Part shown: piece by piece, positions 28,833-41,439 of the stretch | Position numbering within the stretch: position 1 is the stretch's first letter | Layout: every line of letters begins with the position of its first letter | Source of the DNA: Cyanophora paradoxa CCMP329 | Taxonomy: Eukaryota > Plantae > Glaucophyta | Reading direction: 5' to 3' | Length of the DNA stretch: 64,000 nucleotides | NCBI GenBank assembly: GCA_004431415.1 | Contig: QPMI01000633.1 | Location: 62,001 to 126,000, forward strand | The notes under the pieces: model-generated | Told to the model about the DNA's origin: nothing | The model's input: the letters and a program-made list of their open reading frames with translations, nothing else | The model's database searches: none | Made by a program: the position numbers and the translations under genes

Positions 28833-30205
28833 AAAGTAAGACCTCCGTAATATCTAAATTGATAGATGAGAGAATAACAGAGATCTTTTCAGGGTTGGAG
28901 AAAGCGGAGAAGCAGATAGCAGCGCGATTTCCGAGTTAATCACACTGTTAATGGTTTGGTAGGCACTTTATATTTCTCAGATAATGAAAGTGAATATATC
29001 ATATCTCTATGATTCATAGATGTCTTACTGAATATCGTTTGGTAGGCACTTTTTAATTGAAGTTAGGCACTTTTAATTGACGTTAGGCACTTTTAATTGA
29101 CGTTAGGCACTTAGGCACCTTTTCTGGAAACTCTCTATAAAAAATAAAATCAACGTTTTGAAAAACACAAGTTGATGTATTTGGGACTTCTTTTTAATTC
29201 TCGATAAGGAAGTGCCTAACGCGCCTACGCTGCCTACCGCGATTAAAAAAAGTGCCTACTTCGATTAACCCGCTCCATTTCAGTAGCCCGTTTTATATCT
29301 AAATGATATCCGCCGATCACGATAAAAAAGTGCCTAACCGTTTTCATCTCAGCGAAATCTCATCGATTGTTTAATTGGACATAATGCTGTAACCATCTCT
29401 TCCAACAAAATTACATCGATTAATTCAATTGAGATTGATACACCTAAGATACAATGTTTTTACAGTAAAAAACAGAATCCAATCTTATCAATTGTTTAAT
29501 TGGACATAATGCAACTCTGGGGTCATTTTCGATACAGTAAAAAGCTTACCCGAATCTCATCGATTGTTTAATTGGACCTGATGCAGTAACCATCTCTTCC
29601 AACAAAATACGCCGCAATCTCAACGATTGTTTAATTGGACATAATGCAGTAACGAGTGAATTATTTTCATCCGATATTTCATCGATTGTTTAATTGGACA
29701 TAATGCAGTAACCATCTCTTCCAACAAAATATGCCGCAATCTCATCGATTGTTTAATTGGACATAATGCAACTCTGTGTGAATTTTTGCGTTTTACGATA
29801 GAATGGGCGGTGGACTACTTCAATCGTGATTATATCATAAATTTATGTTCCTTCAATCGAGATTATATCGAATTTGCATAAAATACATATTAATCGCGTT
29901 TATATCAATCGCAAAATACGTATTTTACATTTAAATACAAATTAATCGCGTTTATATCATTGAATCAATTGAGAAATACGTAATTTATCAAAACTTTATA
30001 TAAATTTCATAAAATCATAATTTAATTGATATTATACCAATTAATTTAATCGAATTTATTTAAATTTAATTGATTTTATTAAACATTTTGATTTATTTTT
30101 TAAATATTTTCGATTAATTTACACATAAAGAAATACAAATTTAAATCCAGGAGCGAAGCGCGAAGCGCGAAGCGGAGGGATTTAAATTTGTATTTCTTTA
30201 TGTGT
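28833..30205 (-). repeat. Right terminal inverted repeat (includes a 3' fragment of the AdoMetDC gene at 28833-28939 and the terminal hairpin 30121-30205)
   Basis: Reverse complement of 1104-2476. Confidence 0.93.
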
Positions 30206-30211
30206 CCACAA
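30206..30211 (+). repeat. Right target-site duplication CCACAA
   Basis: Matches 1098-1103. Confidence 0.95.
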
Positions 30212-33200
30212 TCACAGCGTGCTCTCTTCATCAGAGCAGATCCTTGCGGGGCTCGGGAGGCGCCCTGGCCAGCGACGGCGGGTCAATTTCTCTCAGCTCC
30301 TCGGACCTGTCGCACTCGTCGGCTAGCGCTGGCTGGGGCGGCGCACTTCGCGCATCAAACGGCCTTCTCCAGGCGACGGATGTTCAGATGCAGTCCAGTT
30401 CGGCTGCCGCGGGCGGTGGTTCCCTGTTTCTCAGCAACACGACCGCTTTCCTTATCCGGTGCGTCTCGCCTGCAATTGCTACTGCTGTCGCGGTGGTTTA
30501 CTAAAAGTACGCGTCGTCTAACCCCCAATCGCAAATAGCATCTCGGTGGCAAACAGCTCGGCTGACTATGGAGGATGCATCGCGATCGAAGGCGAAAAGG
30601 GCGAGCGAAACATGTGCAGCGTCGCAATCGCTGAAACATCGGGGGCGAAGTGCACGGCGCGCGCGGGGAGCGGCGGCGCTCTGAACGTCGTCCGCTGCAG
30701 CGTTGTTGTCGAAGACACAGACTTCTCAGGCGGTGTCGCATGGGGCCCGGGAGGCATCGCCCACGTAGACTCGAGCAAGGCGCACTTGCAGCGCTGCAAG
30801 CTTGACGGCGGCAGGGCAGGCGCCACGGGCGGCGCCATCATGGCATCCTCCTCGACCCTTCAGGTCGAGGGCGGCAGCATGGTCAGAGGGTCAGCAGAAC
30901 TCGGAGGCGGGGCCGTTCACTTGCGCTCCACCGTTGCATCTTTCGCCAGGTACAGACATATGGGTAGAGTTTCTGTTCCTTCAGATCTGAGTGGTTTTGA
31001 CACTGACGGCAGTCTTTCTATGGCTGAAGCTTCTGCCCAAGGAGGCTCTGGAGGCGCCGCTCTCGTTGAGGGTGGCTCAGCCCAATTCTCAGGTATCAAC
31101 ATGCGGGACTCACGCTCGGCGGCTTTCGGGGGGGCCATTCGGGCTGTCAGTGCCGAGGTTTCCGTCGCCGACTCGACGCTCAATGCATGCTCTGCCAGTT
31201 TGAACGGGGGTGCGTTGTCAGCAGAAACCTCCATTGTGGCCGTTTCCAAGTACGTGCACGCGGCGCCAGCTTGGCTTTTTGGTTTTGTAGTTCGTGCTTT
31301 AACATTGTGTCTGATATAAACCATTGTCCAGCTCTGCGCTTGACAAATCTTCTTCGACGGGCGGCTCAGGAGGCTGCGTGTCAGCCACAAGCGGCTCTCT
31401 CAGCGTGAACGGGTCGACGTTGACGAGGTGCTCGGCGCCCAGCGGGGATGGTGGCGCCGTCCATGCAGTCACCACTCTCGTCTCGTTGCGACGTTGTAAT
31501 CTCGATCACGGCTCTGCCGCTGGCACTGGCGGCTCCATCAGTGCACGTGATGGGAGCCTGACGCTGGACGACGTGTCGATCAGCGACGGCCGCTCCCGAA
31601 CCGCTGGAGGCTGCCTCTATGCCCGCGGATCCTCGGTTTTTGCTGCCAACGTCGTCGCGGAGCGATGCCAGGCGGGTGCCGGAGGATGCTTAGCCTTCAA
31701 TAGCGCGCCAGCGACCCTCTCAGGAGTATCACTGTCTGACTGCATGGCAACGGAGGGCGACGGGGGCTGCATCTGGTCCGTGAGCACAGCGATAGCGTTA
31801 CAGGGTTCGGCGCTCACCCGCTGTCGGGCGGCCGGCTCGGGCGGCGGCGCTTTCCTCATCGCTGGCGACGCAACACTCGAAAGCTGCAATGTAACCAACT
31901 GCACAGCTGCAAACAATGGCGGAGGGTACGAAACTCGGCGTTCTTTAAACACCAAAACGTTTGCACTGACACATTTGCTTCTACGATCCGCAGTGTTTTT
32001 GCCGCAGGAGAGGGATCGACCGTTTCGAGCACCGGGAGCGCATGCCTCTTGCTCGCCAACCCGTTCCTTCCAGCTGCAGCTTCCCGCCGGCTGCTTGGCG
32101 CCGCGACCCGCAAAGTTCAACTCGTCCTGCGGCTCACCAGTCTTGAAGGGAACCAGGCCAAGCTGGACGGTGGCGCACTCTACGCCGACGGGCCTATCGC
32201 CACCACATTGACCAATGTTTCCATCACCCGCTCTCAAGCTGGGGCGAGGGGAGGAGGTCAGCTGCAACGTTTTGAGGCGGGGTGATAATGATTTTTGAAG
32301 AGCTGCTCTTTTCTTTCCGCAGGTCTCTACGTCACCACGGCGTCGCTCTCGATGACCGGCACCATCGTCAGCGCGAACGCCGCGAGCATCGGTGGCGGCG
32401 GGTTCATCGATCTGACAACACAGGTCCTTAGGCTTATCTTTCGTGGCCAACTGCGACCCCGGGTAATCACAGACGTCTCTTCAGACCGGAGAACCCATGG
32501 ACTGCGGGGATGTGTCTCTGTCGAACTCTGCCATTCAAGCCAACTCTGCAGGGAAGGGTGCGCGGGATGTCATGTCTTTTCGAAGAAACCGGCACGTTTA
32601 GATAATCTTGCGCGCACCAGGCGCCGCGCTCGTTGTTCAAGACGCCGACCCGACCCGCTGCTCTGCCTTCGCGGACCCGACCGCTTTCTCCGACCCGAGT
32701 GGCGACGGCTCCTCGCGATCGGCGGGGCTAGCCGCCGGTCCCGGGGCCATCCTTGTGTCTCTCCTCACGCCCGAGGCGGAGAGGCAGTCTGGAGGACTGC
32801 TCTCTTTCCGCGTTCTTCTCACTGACTCGTTCGGAACGCCCGTGAGAGACGTGCCTACGGATATATCTGTAACAGCGAAGGCTCCAGACACCGTCACAAT
32901 CAGAGGTACGCCTTTGCTATTGCCCTTGCAATAAAAAATACTCCGCATCTTTGCGAACGAAGGTACTTTGCATTTGCCGTTTACTGCCGGGCGGGGGCGG
33001 CGCAGGGACGCGAGCGGTTACCACGTCCGACGGCGAGGCTCGTATGGATGGCGTCCAAGTAATCGCACAGCCGGGCGAGATGCATGTGCTGCTTTTCGTA
33101 GCCAGCATCCCGTTTCGCCCATACACGCTCCAAGTACCCCTCACGCTGCGCGCCTGTGTTTCTGGAGAAGTTCAGCTGCCGAACACTTTGGTCTGCCAGC

Positions 33201-36200
33201 GCTGCCCGCCAAGTACGGTGGCGCCTCGCAACATGTCGACCAGGGGCGCCGAGTGCCTGCCCTGCAGCGAGGTGCTTTTTATTGAATATTAAACGTATAT
33301 GAGAGCAGAGCTGCCCTAAATCTTTCGCATCGCCATTTTAACCCATCATGCAATCAATATTAGGGAGCGATCTGTCCTGGAGGGGACGTCATCTATCCGA
33401 AGGACGGTCATTGGAACTTTCCCGGCGCCTACCGACTGATGCTGCCTTGTCCGGAGGCTGGAAATTGTGTCGGAGGCCCTGATCGCGGCAGCGAGTGCAA
33501 AGCTGGCCACTCGGGCCCTTTGTGCACAATCTGCGCCCCAGGCTACGGGAGGATCAGCAAGTACGGCTGTGCCAAGTGCCCCAGCCCAGCCGTCAATTAC
33601 GTGAGTTTGAGTGCCGCATGCTTCGCGTGCCTCCATTGCAACCGCTGCTAATGCACTGCAGACGCTGATGGGACTTGCCTGCACGATCGCAATCGCTATT
33701 ACGGGCATTCTTGTGGCATTCAACGCGCGTTCCATCAAGCGGGGCTCCTCTAGAAAGCCTTCGCGCCTTACATCGATCGCGAAAGTGTTCATGAGCTACG
33801 CACAAGTGCTCGCAGTGGCTAGGTGACTTCTGAAACCTTGTTTATACAGGACTTCGAAAGGCCGCGGTTCCCTAATGCCGCGGCCGGGTCGCAGGGACTT
33901 CAACCTTCGCTGGCCCACACAGCTTCTTTCGATCTTCAATGCCCAGGTTTGTATCCATCATAATTATCTCAATGCCCAGCTACGTATACCCCTGCCGCTT
34001 CTAAAGAGCATACCGACGCTGCCTCCAGACTGTTATCTCTTCTCCAACCGATCTGATCGTCTCCGTCGAGTGCTTTACTATCGACAAGATTCATTGGAGT
34101 CCTTTCATCGCTCGCATAGTTGGGTGCGTGTCGCAGTGTTCTGCCGTCGGTCGTCTGCTGCTTTCAATGTCTTGACGAGGATTAAATCTAAACCAGCTAC
34201 GCGAGCCTCCCCATCGTCTCCGTTGCTGTCGCGGCCTTCGTGTTTGCCATCTGGCATTTTGTGTGGCGGTTCGTCTCTGTACGACAGACAGAATTGTGGG
34301 GATAATTTTCAATACAGGTGGAGAAACGGGGGGAAGGTGAACGCCGAAGCTCCTGCGCGGCCGCGGCAAGCCTCGCTTCAGGGCCTGAAACGAGAGACCC
34401 CGTACCACGGACACTACGATGACCCCGATATCGATCTCGGTCGAGCATCCCCGGCGCCGCCGCCGAAGGTCGCTCGGGCATGGGAGGCCAACGTTGCCGC
34501 GGCCTTCGCAGCCGCGGCCGCCGGCGACAGCGGCGGCAGTAAATTCGACGATGATATTTACGATCGCCTGAGCGACGTCCACTCGGTTGCATTTCCCCCG
34601 CTCTCGCAGAAGGGCTCTGTAGTCGGCGTCTCCGAGGTCGCCTTGAGCACCAAAGTTCGTCTCTCTCTTGATTCGCATCGCGCCTTCCATGCAACCCTGA
34701 CGCGTCTTCTGTGCAGACATCTGTGGCCCGGGGCGAGTCTCACGGTCTCGTGGAGACCTTCTCGCAATCGGCGGCGTTCGACCGGGAGGAAGACGCCGAC
34801 GCCGACGCGCTCTCCGCAGTCGCGTCCTCGGCCTTCCTCGCCACGCGCCGCGCGCGCTTCGGGGAGGCCGCGGCCGGTGCTCGGCGCGGCGCCCCCTCGA
34901 TCGTCGAGGAGGAATTCGAAGAGGAAGAGGATCCAGAGGACGCGGACGAGGATCTCGTGGCGGTGGACGAGCGCCGGCGGCCCGGCGGCCGCGGCGCGCG
35001 CGCGAGGCGCGACGAGGCCGGCGACGGCGACGGCGACGAGGACGTGTGCTCGCAGGCCGACACGGGCGCAACGATCTCCGACCTCCCCCACGCGCACCAC
35101 CTCCGCGACCTTTTCATTCTCACCTGCATCGTCGCCCTCTTCCTCGTGCGCCCTTCGAGATCGATATCGCTCTGCTCCCGATCGTCGCGCTTGCAGGACT
35201 GATTCCTCTCTTTCGCTCGCGCAGGCGCACCCCATCATCTCGCGGCAAATCTTCCTTCTGTACGCCTGCACGTGAGTTCTCACAGACCTGGCCCGCCATA
35301 CACATGCATCAAGGCGTGGGCTTGAGATTGCAGTTGCATCCACACTGACATGAACACAGAGACCTGGGTCCGACTCGGGTTCTGGACCAGGAGATGTGCG
35401 TGCACATGCCGAGCGCCTGCACGCGTACGGCGCCGTACCGCGTGCCTCGTTGCTGACAGACTCTGCGCCAGGCGGATGCAGTGCTGGAGTGGCGAGCACG
35501 CGCTCTGGAGCGCAACGCTGGGCGCTGCCGCGACGGCCCTCTGGGTCTTCGGGATCCCCCTCGTCGCCTTTCTTCTCCTCGTGAGCCTGCGGCGCCTATG
35601 GCCGACACGCGCTGGCCGCGCGCGCGACCCCCGCTGACGTGTAAAGCAGACGCGCAACCGACACAGCCTGAGCGACCGACGCGTCCTTCTTCGCTACGGG
35701 TTCTTGCTTCGGTGAATACAAGACCCGCCGGGCCGTAACGCCGATGGGCGAATTCGTCGTGGATTTTTATCTTCTCACTTGTTCGTCACGCGCAGAGGCT
35801 ACAAGCGCTCTCGGTACTACTGGGAGGAGGTTCGAGTTCAACTCCACGGGCATCTCGAGCTCTGTTCTTCGCTGATTCCCTCGTCCGATTCTAGGTCATC
35901 ATCCTACGGAAACTCGCCTTCATTTTCGTCGCGTCGTTTTTTGCCTCGCGTCCCGTGGTGCAGGGCCTTTTGGGAACGGGTGTCCTTGTTATCGGTACGC
36001 CGTGTCAGCTTGCGGATGCGATCTCAAGCGCTGCCGCCAATATTTGATCGCAGCGCTTGTTGCCAACGTGGCGCTGAGGCCTTACACAATTCACCTCTTG
36101 GTGACGATCCTTTGTTTCTTGTTTGGGTGCTCGGAAGCGGGCGAAATGTAAGCTTACACTGCGTCGTCTCAGAACGTGCTCGACTCTGCGGCGCTGGTCG

Positions 36201-37534
36201 CCTCCGTCCTGACGGCGAGCGTCCCCCCCGCGTGCGCGTACCGCTTGCGATCGCTGAGGCGGGGCGCAGCTGTACGCGGGCCTGCTGCTCTACACGGGCG
36301 TCAGCGAGACGGACTCGGCGGCGACGACCTGGATCATCATCCTCGCCAACGCCGCCTTCCTCCTCTTCTGGCTCGCCGCCATCCTCTGGGAGATCTTCCG
36401 CACCGCCCTCTCCCACACCCGCCGCCGCTACTCCCACCTCCCCGTCATGCGCCTCGCCGACCGCCTCAACGAGCGCATCCAGAACATCTCCGCCGTCCGC
36501 GCCTGGGTCCGTGCACGCTTTGATCTGTTCAATTAGAATTCCGGTCGCGGCGGCGACGTCGTTGACTTCCCGCGCCTTGCAAATTGCAGCTCGAGGCGGC
36601 CGATGACGGAGAGGTCGAGAAGCCGCGCAGAGCGGCGGACGCGGATCGGGAGACCGACGTCGATGCTTCGGATCCCGACCGCGATCGCCCGCCGCCGCCT
36701 GCAGCTCGGACAGCAGCGGCGGACGGCACGACGGCGGGCGGCGGCGCCCCTCTGAATTCGGACGCACATGCGCAGCGCCTTCCCCTCGCTGTCGATCCCA
36801 AGGACTACCTTCAGCAGGGGTACGACGTCACCGAGCATTCGGATGAGCCGAACAGCGGATGGCCAAGCAGGCGGGGCGGCCGCGGGTCCATCCCCGAGGC
36901 CGATCGGGATGTCGATCAAGCCACCTTCAAGCTGGCAATGCACCGCGCGGGGTCTGGAGGGGCTCGCGACCGCGATCGCCTGCCGCGAGAACAGAACCCC
37001 CCGCACTTCATATCTCTCACGGCACGCGCGGATCCGCCGCTAACGGCACTCCCGCGATCCATCTCGGGGGCCGACCGGCCGCACTCGGCCGGCGCGCTCT
37101 CTTCTTGCCGGCGGACCTCGTCCCCGCTCATCGGCGTGCGCGTGGGGCCGTCGCGATCGGGGCACTCTCCAAGCGCACTGGCGCGCACGGACCAGGAGGC
37201 GGGACGCAGGGACGGCGTCGGCGGCTCGAGCTGGGCGCACCGCCGCGCCTCCCTCCCCTCGGACGCCCCTTGGGCCAGCAAGGGCCTAGACATCGACCTG
37301 CCACGGCCGATCGCGAGCACCATGGCTGCATTTGCAGCGCAGCGCCACCAACACTCGGGCTCCCCGCGGGCCCCTGCCTCGCCCCTCCCTCTCGGCCACG
37401 ACCCCCGCGACGACCCTTGCGAGATCAGTCGGTCCTCGAGCCCCGACCGGTCTGTCGTCATCACGTCCCCTCCGAATGCTCAGCTGCAGGCGACGCGCGA
37501 CGACCTGAGCCCAGTGAAAGTAGTGGAGATATAG
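30206..37534 (+). CDS. Downstream multi-exon part of the interrupted host gene: GGA beta-helix repeats, Cys-rich region, multi-pass transmembrane C-terminal domain, disordered tail
   Basis: GGC/GGA repeats to ~32400; C..C..G motifs (CKAGHSGPLCTICAPGY); TM-region motifs KVFMSYAQVL, DFNLRWP, CWSGEH, YKRSRYYWEE; short introns. Exact exon structure and stop not resolved. Confidence 0.7.
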
Positions 37535-38757
37535 TTCACGAAATAAATTTAGTGAAATCGATGTTCATTGCGACTATTACAGGCCAGCTAGCTATATATA
37601 TAGGCCTTTGCGATCGCTGTATCCGCACTACTACTGCAGTCGTCGCTCTTCTTTTCAATTTTCGATCAAGTTAGGTCTAGGTCTAGCTATAGGCCTTGGA
37701 GTCCTAGGCCGCCCGGGCCTAGCAATGTGCGACGGTGTCGCTTAGCTCCAGGATTGAGAAAAGTTGTTGTTGTTGTTTTTTCTTCAATTTTTGGCACGTA
37801 TCAGCTGGGCCGCTGCAGCTGGCCATGGCCATGGGGGCCAAGCTTTTTTAAGGGCCCGTTATGATTTTCGTCAACCGTCCTGCTATTTCGATTCGTTAAG
37901 TTAAAGAGCTAGCTACAACATCCCACACATCGATACCCTTTCGATACGTATACCCAAACATCCCACGCAGCATGTCACCATATGCGCATGCATGGCCTCG
38001 TGCACCTTGGCCGCTCAGATCTAGCTCCGAGGCTCTAGATCTAAATAAACCAGGCCTAGGTCTTCGAATTCGACTCGCCCCCGCGCCGGCGCCCGCGCCC
38101 TGCTCGTCTCAGGATATCGATGTGCAAGGCGGAGTCTTAGCAAACAGAAACGGCAGCTGCACGCGCAGGCTGCAGCCAGTGCTCGCTAGGCGTAGGCGCA
38201 GGCCCGCGGCCGCCACGAAATCGAGCTCGAATTTGAAAAGAACACAAAGGCCCGCGAGCCTCGCCGCCACCTGCCGCGCCCCCCGCCCCGCCCCGCGAGC
38301 CGCGCCGGGGCCGCCGCCCACCGCGCCCATGGCCAGGCCTCCGCCCGCCCGGCGAGCTGCCAGGCTGCGGCGCCGCCCGCCGCGCCCAGGCCTCCGCCCC
38401 GCCCGGCGAGCCGCCCCGCCGCCCACCGCGCGCGCCTCCGCCCGGCGAGACGTGCCGCCGCCCGCCGCGTCCCCGCCACGGCCGGATAGCCGCGCCGCCG
38501 CCCTCCGCGCTGCCGCTCTGTGCGGCGATCGCGAGCCTCGCCGCCCGCCGCGTCTTCGGATCCGTCCCGCGCGACCCAGTCGCGTCGCGTCGCGTGCCCG
38601 CGCGCCGCGGCAGCTGTCAATATTACTGAGCTTGTTGCCGGCTGCATAGCGTCCTCGCTCTCGCTGGATCGCAGGCTTGATTGCAGCTGGCGGCCGCCGC
38701 GTGGCGCGTAGGGCTATTTAATTTCTATAGCTAGCGCTAGCGGATGCGCTCGGTTAA

Positions 38758-39107
38758 CGGAAAGGCAGGCCGAGAAAGTTCAGCTCGTGGCCCTGACGCA
38801 CCGGGTGGAGATTCGCATCAAAAAGATCCTCGAATGATGAGTGGTAGGAGGGCTGGAAGAGGGACCTGCGTGCGCGGTCAGAACCTCGGAATCAGAAGCA
38901 GAGAGCGCGGCGATCCGACAGACCTGATTTCGTCTGGATCAAGATTCGCGGCGAGCCTGGCCTTAAGCAACTCCTCATTAAGGAACCTCTGGAAGCGTCT
39001 GCAGGGCGTCAGCGTGCCCAGCGCGCGGGGCCCGCAACCGCGCACCGGCTCCCTGGACGCCCTGCGGCTCGGAGATCAGGAAATCAAGAAGAATGTGACG
39101 CTGCAAG
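38758..39107 (+). repeat. ~350-bp near-identical direct duplicate of 42155-42504 (gene fragment with introns on the minus strand)
   Basis: cggaaaggcaggccgagaaag...gaaatcaagaagaatgtga shared, only a few substitutions. Confidence 0.9.
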
Positions 39108-39653
39108 CCAGCAGGATTTCTCGCGGTGGGCGGCGGCGCGGCTCGCCGGGCGTCACGGCGTGGCGCGCGGCGCCCGGCGGGGCCTATAGCTATAGCTAGC
39201 GAGAGCAGCTAGGCCTCGATCGCGAGAAACCTGCGCAGCGTGAATTTGGTTTAATTTGGCTGCCGGCACCGACGCCGGGGGCCGCGCCGCACCGCGATGG
39301 CCATGGACCCTCGAGCTCCGCATGCGCACCTGCGCATGCGCTGAACCCTCCGCACCACGCACTCGGTGCACGGTGCAAATGCGCACTCCTGCTCCCCAAT
39401 CTAACCCATCTGAGCCCGAGGATCAGCGAGCGTCGTGCGAAGCTTGAGCGTGCGATTAGAGTCGTGGGTCGATTTCGTGGAACAGGTACCCCTGTGGCGG
39501 CAAGTGAACCCGCCGGGCCGGCTTTTCGCGGATCTGCGGGCTTCTCTCGCTGTTTTCATAGCACGAGAGGTGCGTCGCGGGCTTCATGCACCGCACTCGC
39601 CGCGTCAATCCCTCGACTCGCCGAATGAGCGAACCTCGCCGGCCGCGCGCAGG

Positions 39654-41094
39654 ATGTCGCAGGACGAAAAGGGGAATGATCTGCTGAAGCAGGCGGAGAA
39701 GCGCCTGAAGGCCTTCTCGCTGTTCGGCAGCGGCAGCAAGTACGAGGACGCCGCGGACCTCTTCGCGAAAGCCGCAAATGTGTTCAAGGCCGGCAAGAAC
39801 TGTGCGACCGCCTGGCGCCGCATTCTTAGCTAGCCTCGAGCGCCGAGCGCGCAGGGAAGGCGGCCGGCGACGCCTTCACACGCCAAGCGGAGATGTTCAC
39901 GAAGACGGGGAGCAAGCACGAGGCCGCGAGCGCATACACTGACGCCGCGAGCTGCTTCAAGAAAGTCTCCGTGAATGGTGCGCGGCCCGCGCGGCCCGAA
40001 ACCAGTCGTGGCCGCCGCCGCTCCGCGCCCGCCGCCCCGCGCCCGCCGCCCCGCGCCCGCGGCCGACGCCGACGCGGCGCGGCGTAGACGCGGTGAACTG
40101 CCTGAAGCAGGCTGTGGACATCTTCATAGACATGGGCAGCTGGACGCAGGCGGCCAAGTTCCAGAAGGAGATCGGCGAGCTCTACGAGTCTGAGGAACAG
40201 CTCGAGAACGCCATCGACGCCTTCCAGGCGTGCCCCGTAGCGCCGCCGCCGCCGTCGCCGCGCGTCGGACGCGGGCGCTGAGGGCGGCGCGCAGGTCGCC
40301 GCGGACTACTACAGCGGCGAGGACCAGATGAGGTGCGGGCGTGGCGCCTCTGCGCGTGCCGCCTCTCGCCGGCCCCGCCTTCCCATGCACCAGCGTCCTC
40401 TGACGCGGCCGGCACGCAGCGCGGCGAACCAGTGCCTCCTGAAGATCGCGCAGTACTCGGCCCAGCTCGAGAACTACAAGAAGGCCATCCAGGTCTACGA
40501 GCAGGTGCGGGCCGCCTGCCTGCGCGACGCGTGCACCCCGGGCCAGGCTCGAGCAAGGCGTACCCCGCGCAGGTAGCGAAGCAGGCGCTGGACAACAACC
40601 TGCTCAAGTGGTCCGCCAAGGACTACTTCTTCCGCGCCGGCCTCTGCCACCTCGCCTCCGGGGCGCGCGCCTGCCCGGCTCCCGCGCGCTCCCGCGCGCT
40701 CCCCCGCCTCGGCGGGCTGAGGGGCGGGCGCGCAGGAGCTGGAGGCGGCGAAGCGGGCGGTGGAGCGGTACGAGCAGATGGACATGGGCTTCTCGGGCAC
40801 CCGCGAGCAGGAGCTCCTCAACGCGCGCCCCCGCCCGCCCCCGCCGCGCCGGCCCCCGCTGAGGCGGGGCGGGGCCGGGCAGCACCTGGCGGAGGCGGTG
40901 GAGCAGCGGGACCTCGAGGAGTTCACCAACCGCGTCTACGACTACGACCAGGCCCGCCCTGCCCGCCCCCCGCCCCCGCCCCGGGCCCCGCCCCCCGGCG
41001 CGACGCGCGCGCGCAGATCTCGAAGCTGGACGCGTGGAAGACGACCATCCTCCTCCGCATCAAGGAGGGCATGACCAAGGACACCGTCCTCTAG
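39654..41094 (+). CDS. NAPA: Alpha-soluble NSF attachment protein (alpha-SNAP/Sec17), 9 exons
   Basis: Spliced peptide AEKRLK..SLFG..SKYEDAADLF, SKHEAASAY, AAKFQKEIGELYE, ANQCLLKIAQYSAQLENY, LKWSAKDYFFRAGLC, ISKLDAWKTTILLRIK. Confidence 0.92.
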
Positions 41095-41439
41095 CCCCGC
41101 CCCCGCCCCGCCCCGCCCCAGCCGCCCCCCGGCCCCGCGCTCCAGCCCTCTCCCCACGTCCAGCTTCCCTCCCTCTCGCCCTTCATTTCTGTCCCGGGCC
41201 GCACCGGCCGGCCTCCGCCCCGGCCCCGGCCGCCTCCGCCCCCCGTCCCCCATGTACGTATTCTCTCCATTCAAGCAGCGCATGCGGGATCAAGGCCCGC
41301 GGCGCGAATCGTTGCCTTTATACAGAATTGTTACACGCTTCAAAGAGCGGTGGTTGAAAGAAGGGGCGGGGCAGGGCTATTTACAGGGGAATGTGCGTAC
41401 AGGGGCATGCGGGCGCCTCGGACGCGGACGCCCCTCAGA

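Larger units (their letters stand above)
1104..30205. mobile_element. Complete endogenous Polinton-like virus / Maverick-type element (29,102 bp)
   Basis: Abrupt GC-to-AT shift, ~1.37-kb TIRs, 6-bp TSD, intronless dense ORFs including rve integrase, pPolB, packaging ATPase, MCP and minor capsid proteins. Confidence 0.95.

Noticed and set aside
1104-30205. Bacterial prophage or contaminant contig (phage-like fibre, Dam, speD)
   Set aside because: DJR capsid/A32 ATPase/rve integrase gene set, TIRs and an exact TSD inside a spliced eukaryotic gene show a genuine endogenous eukaryotic virus
38725-39201. CTATAGCTAGCG direct repeats flanking the duplicated fragment as a TSD
   Set aside because: CTAG/CTATAG-type words are common in intergenic DNA here and the repeats do not abut the duplication ends
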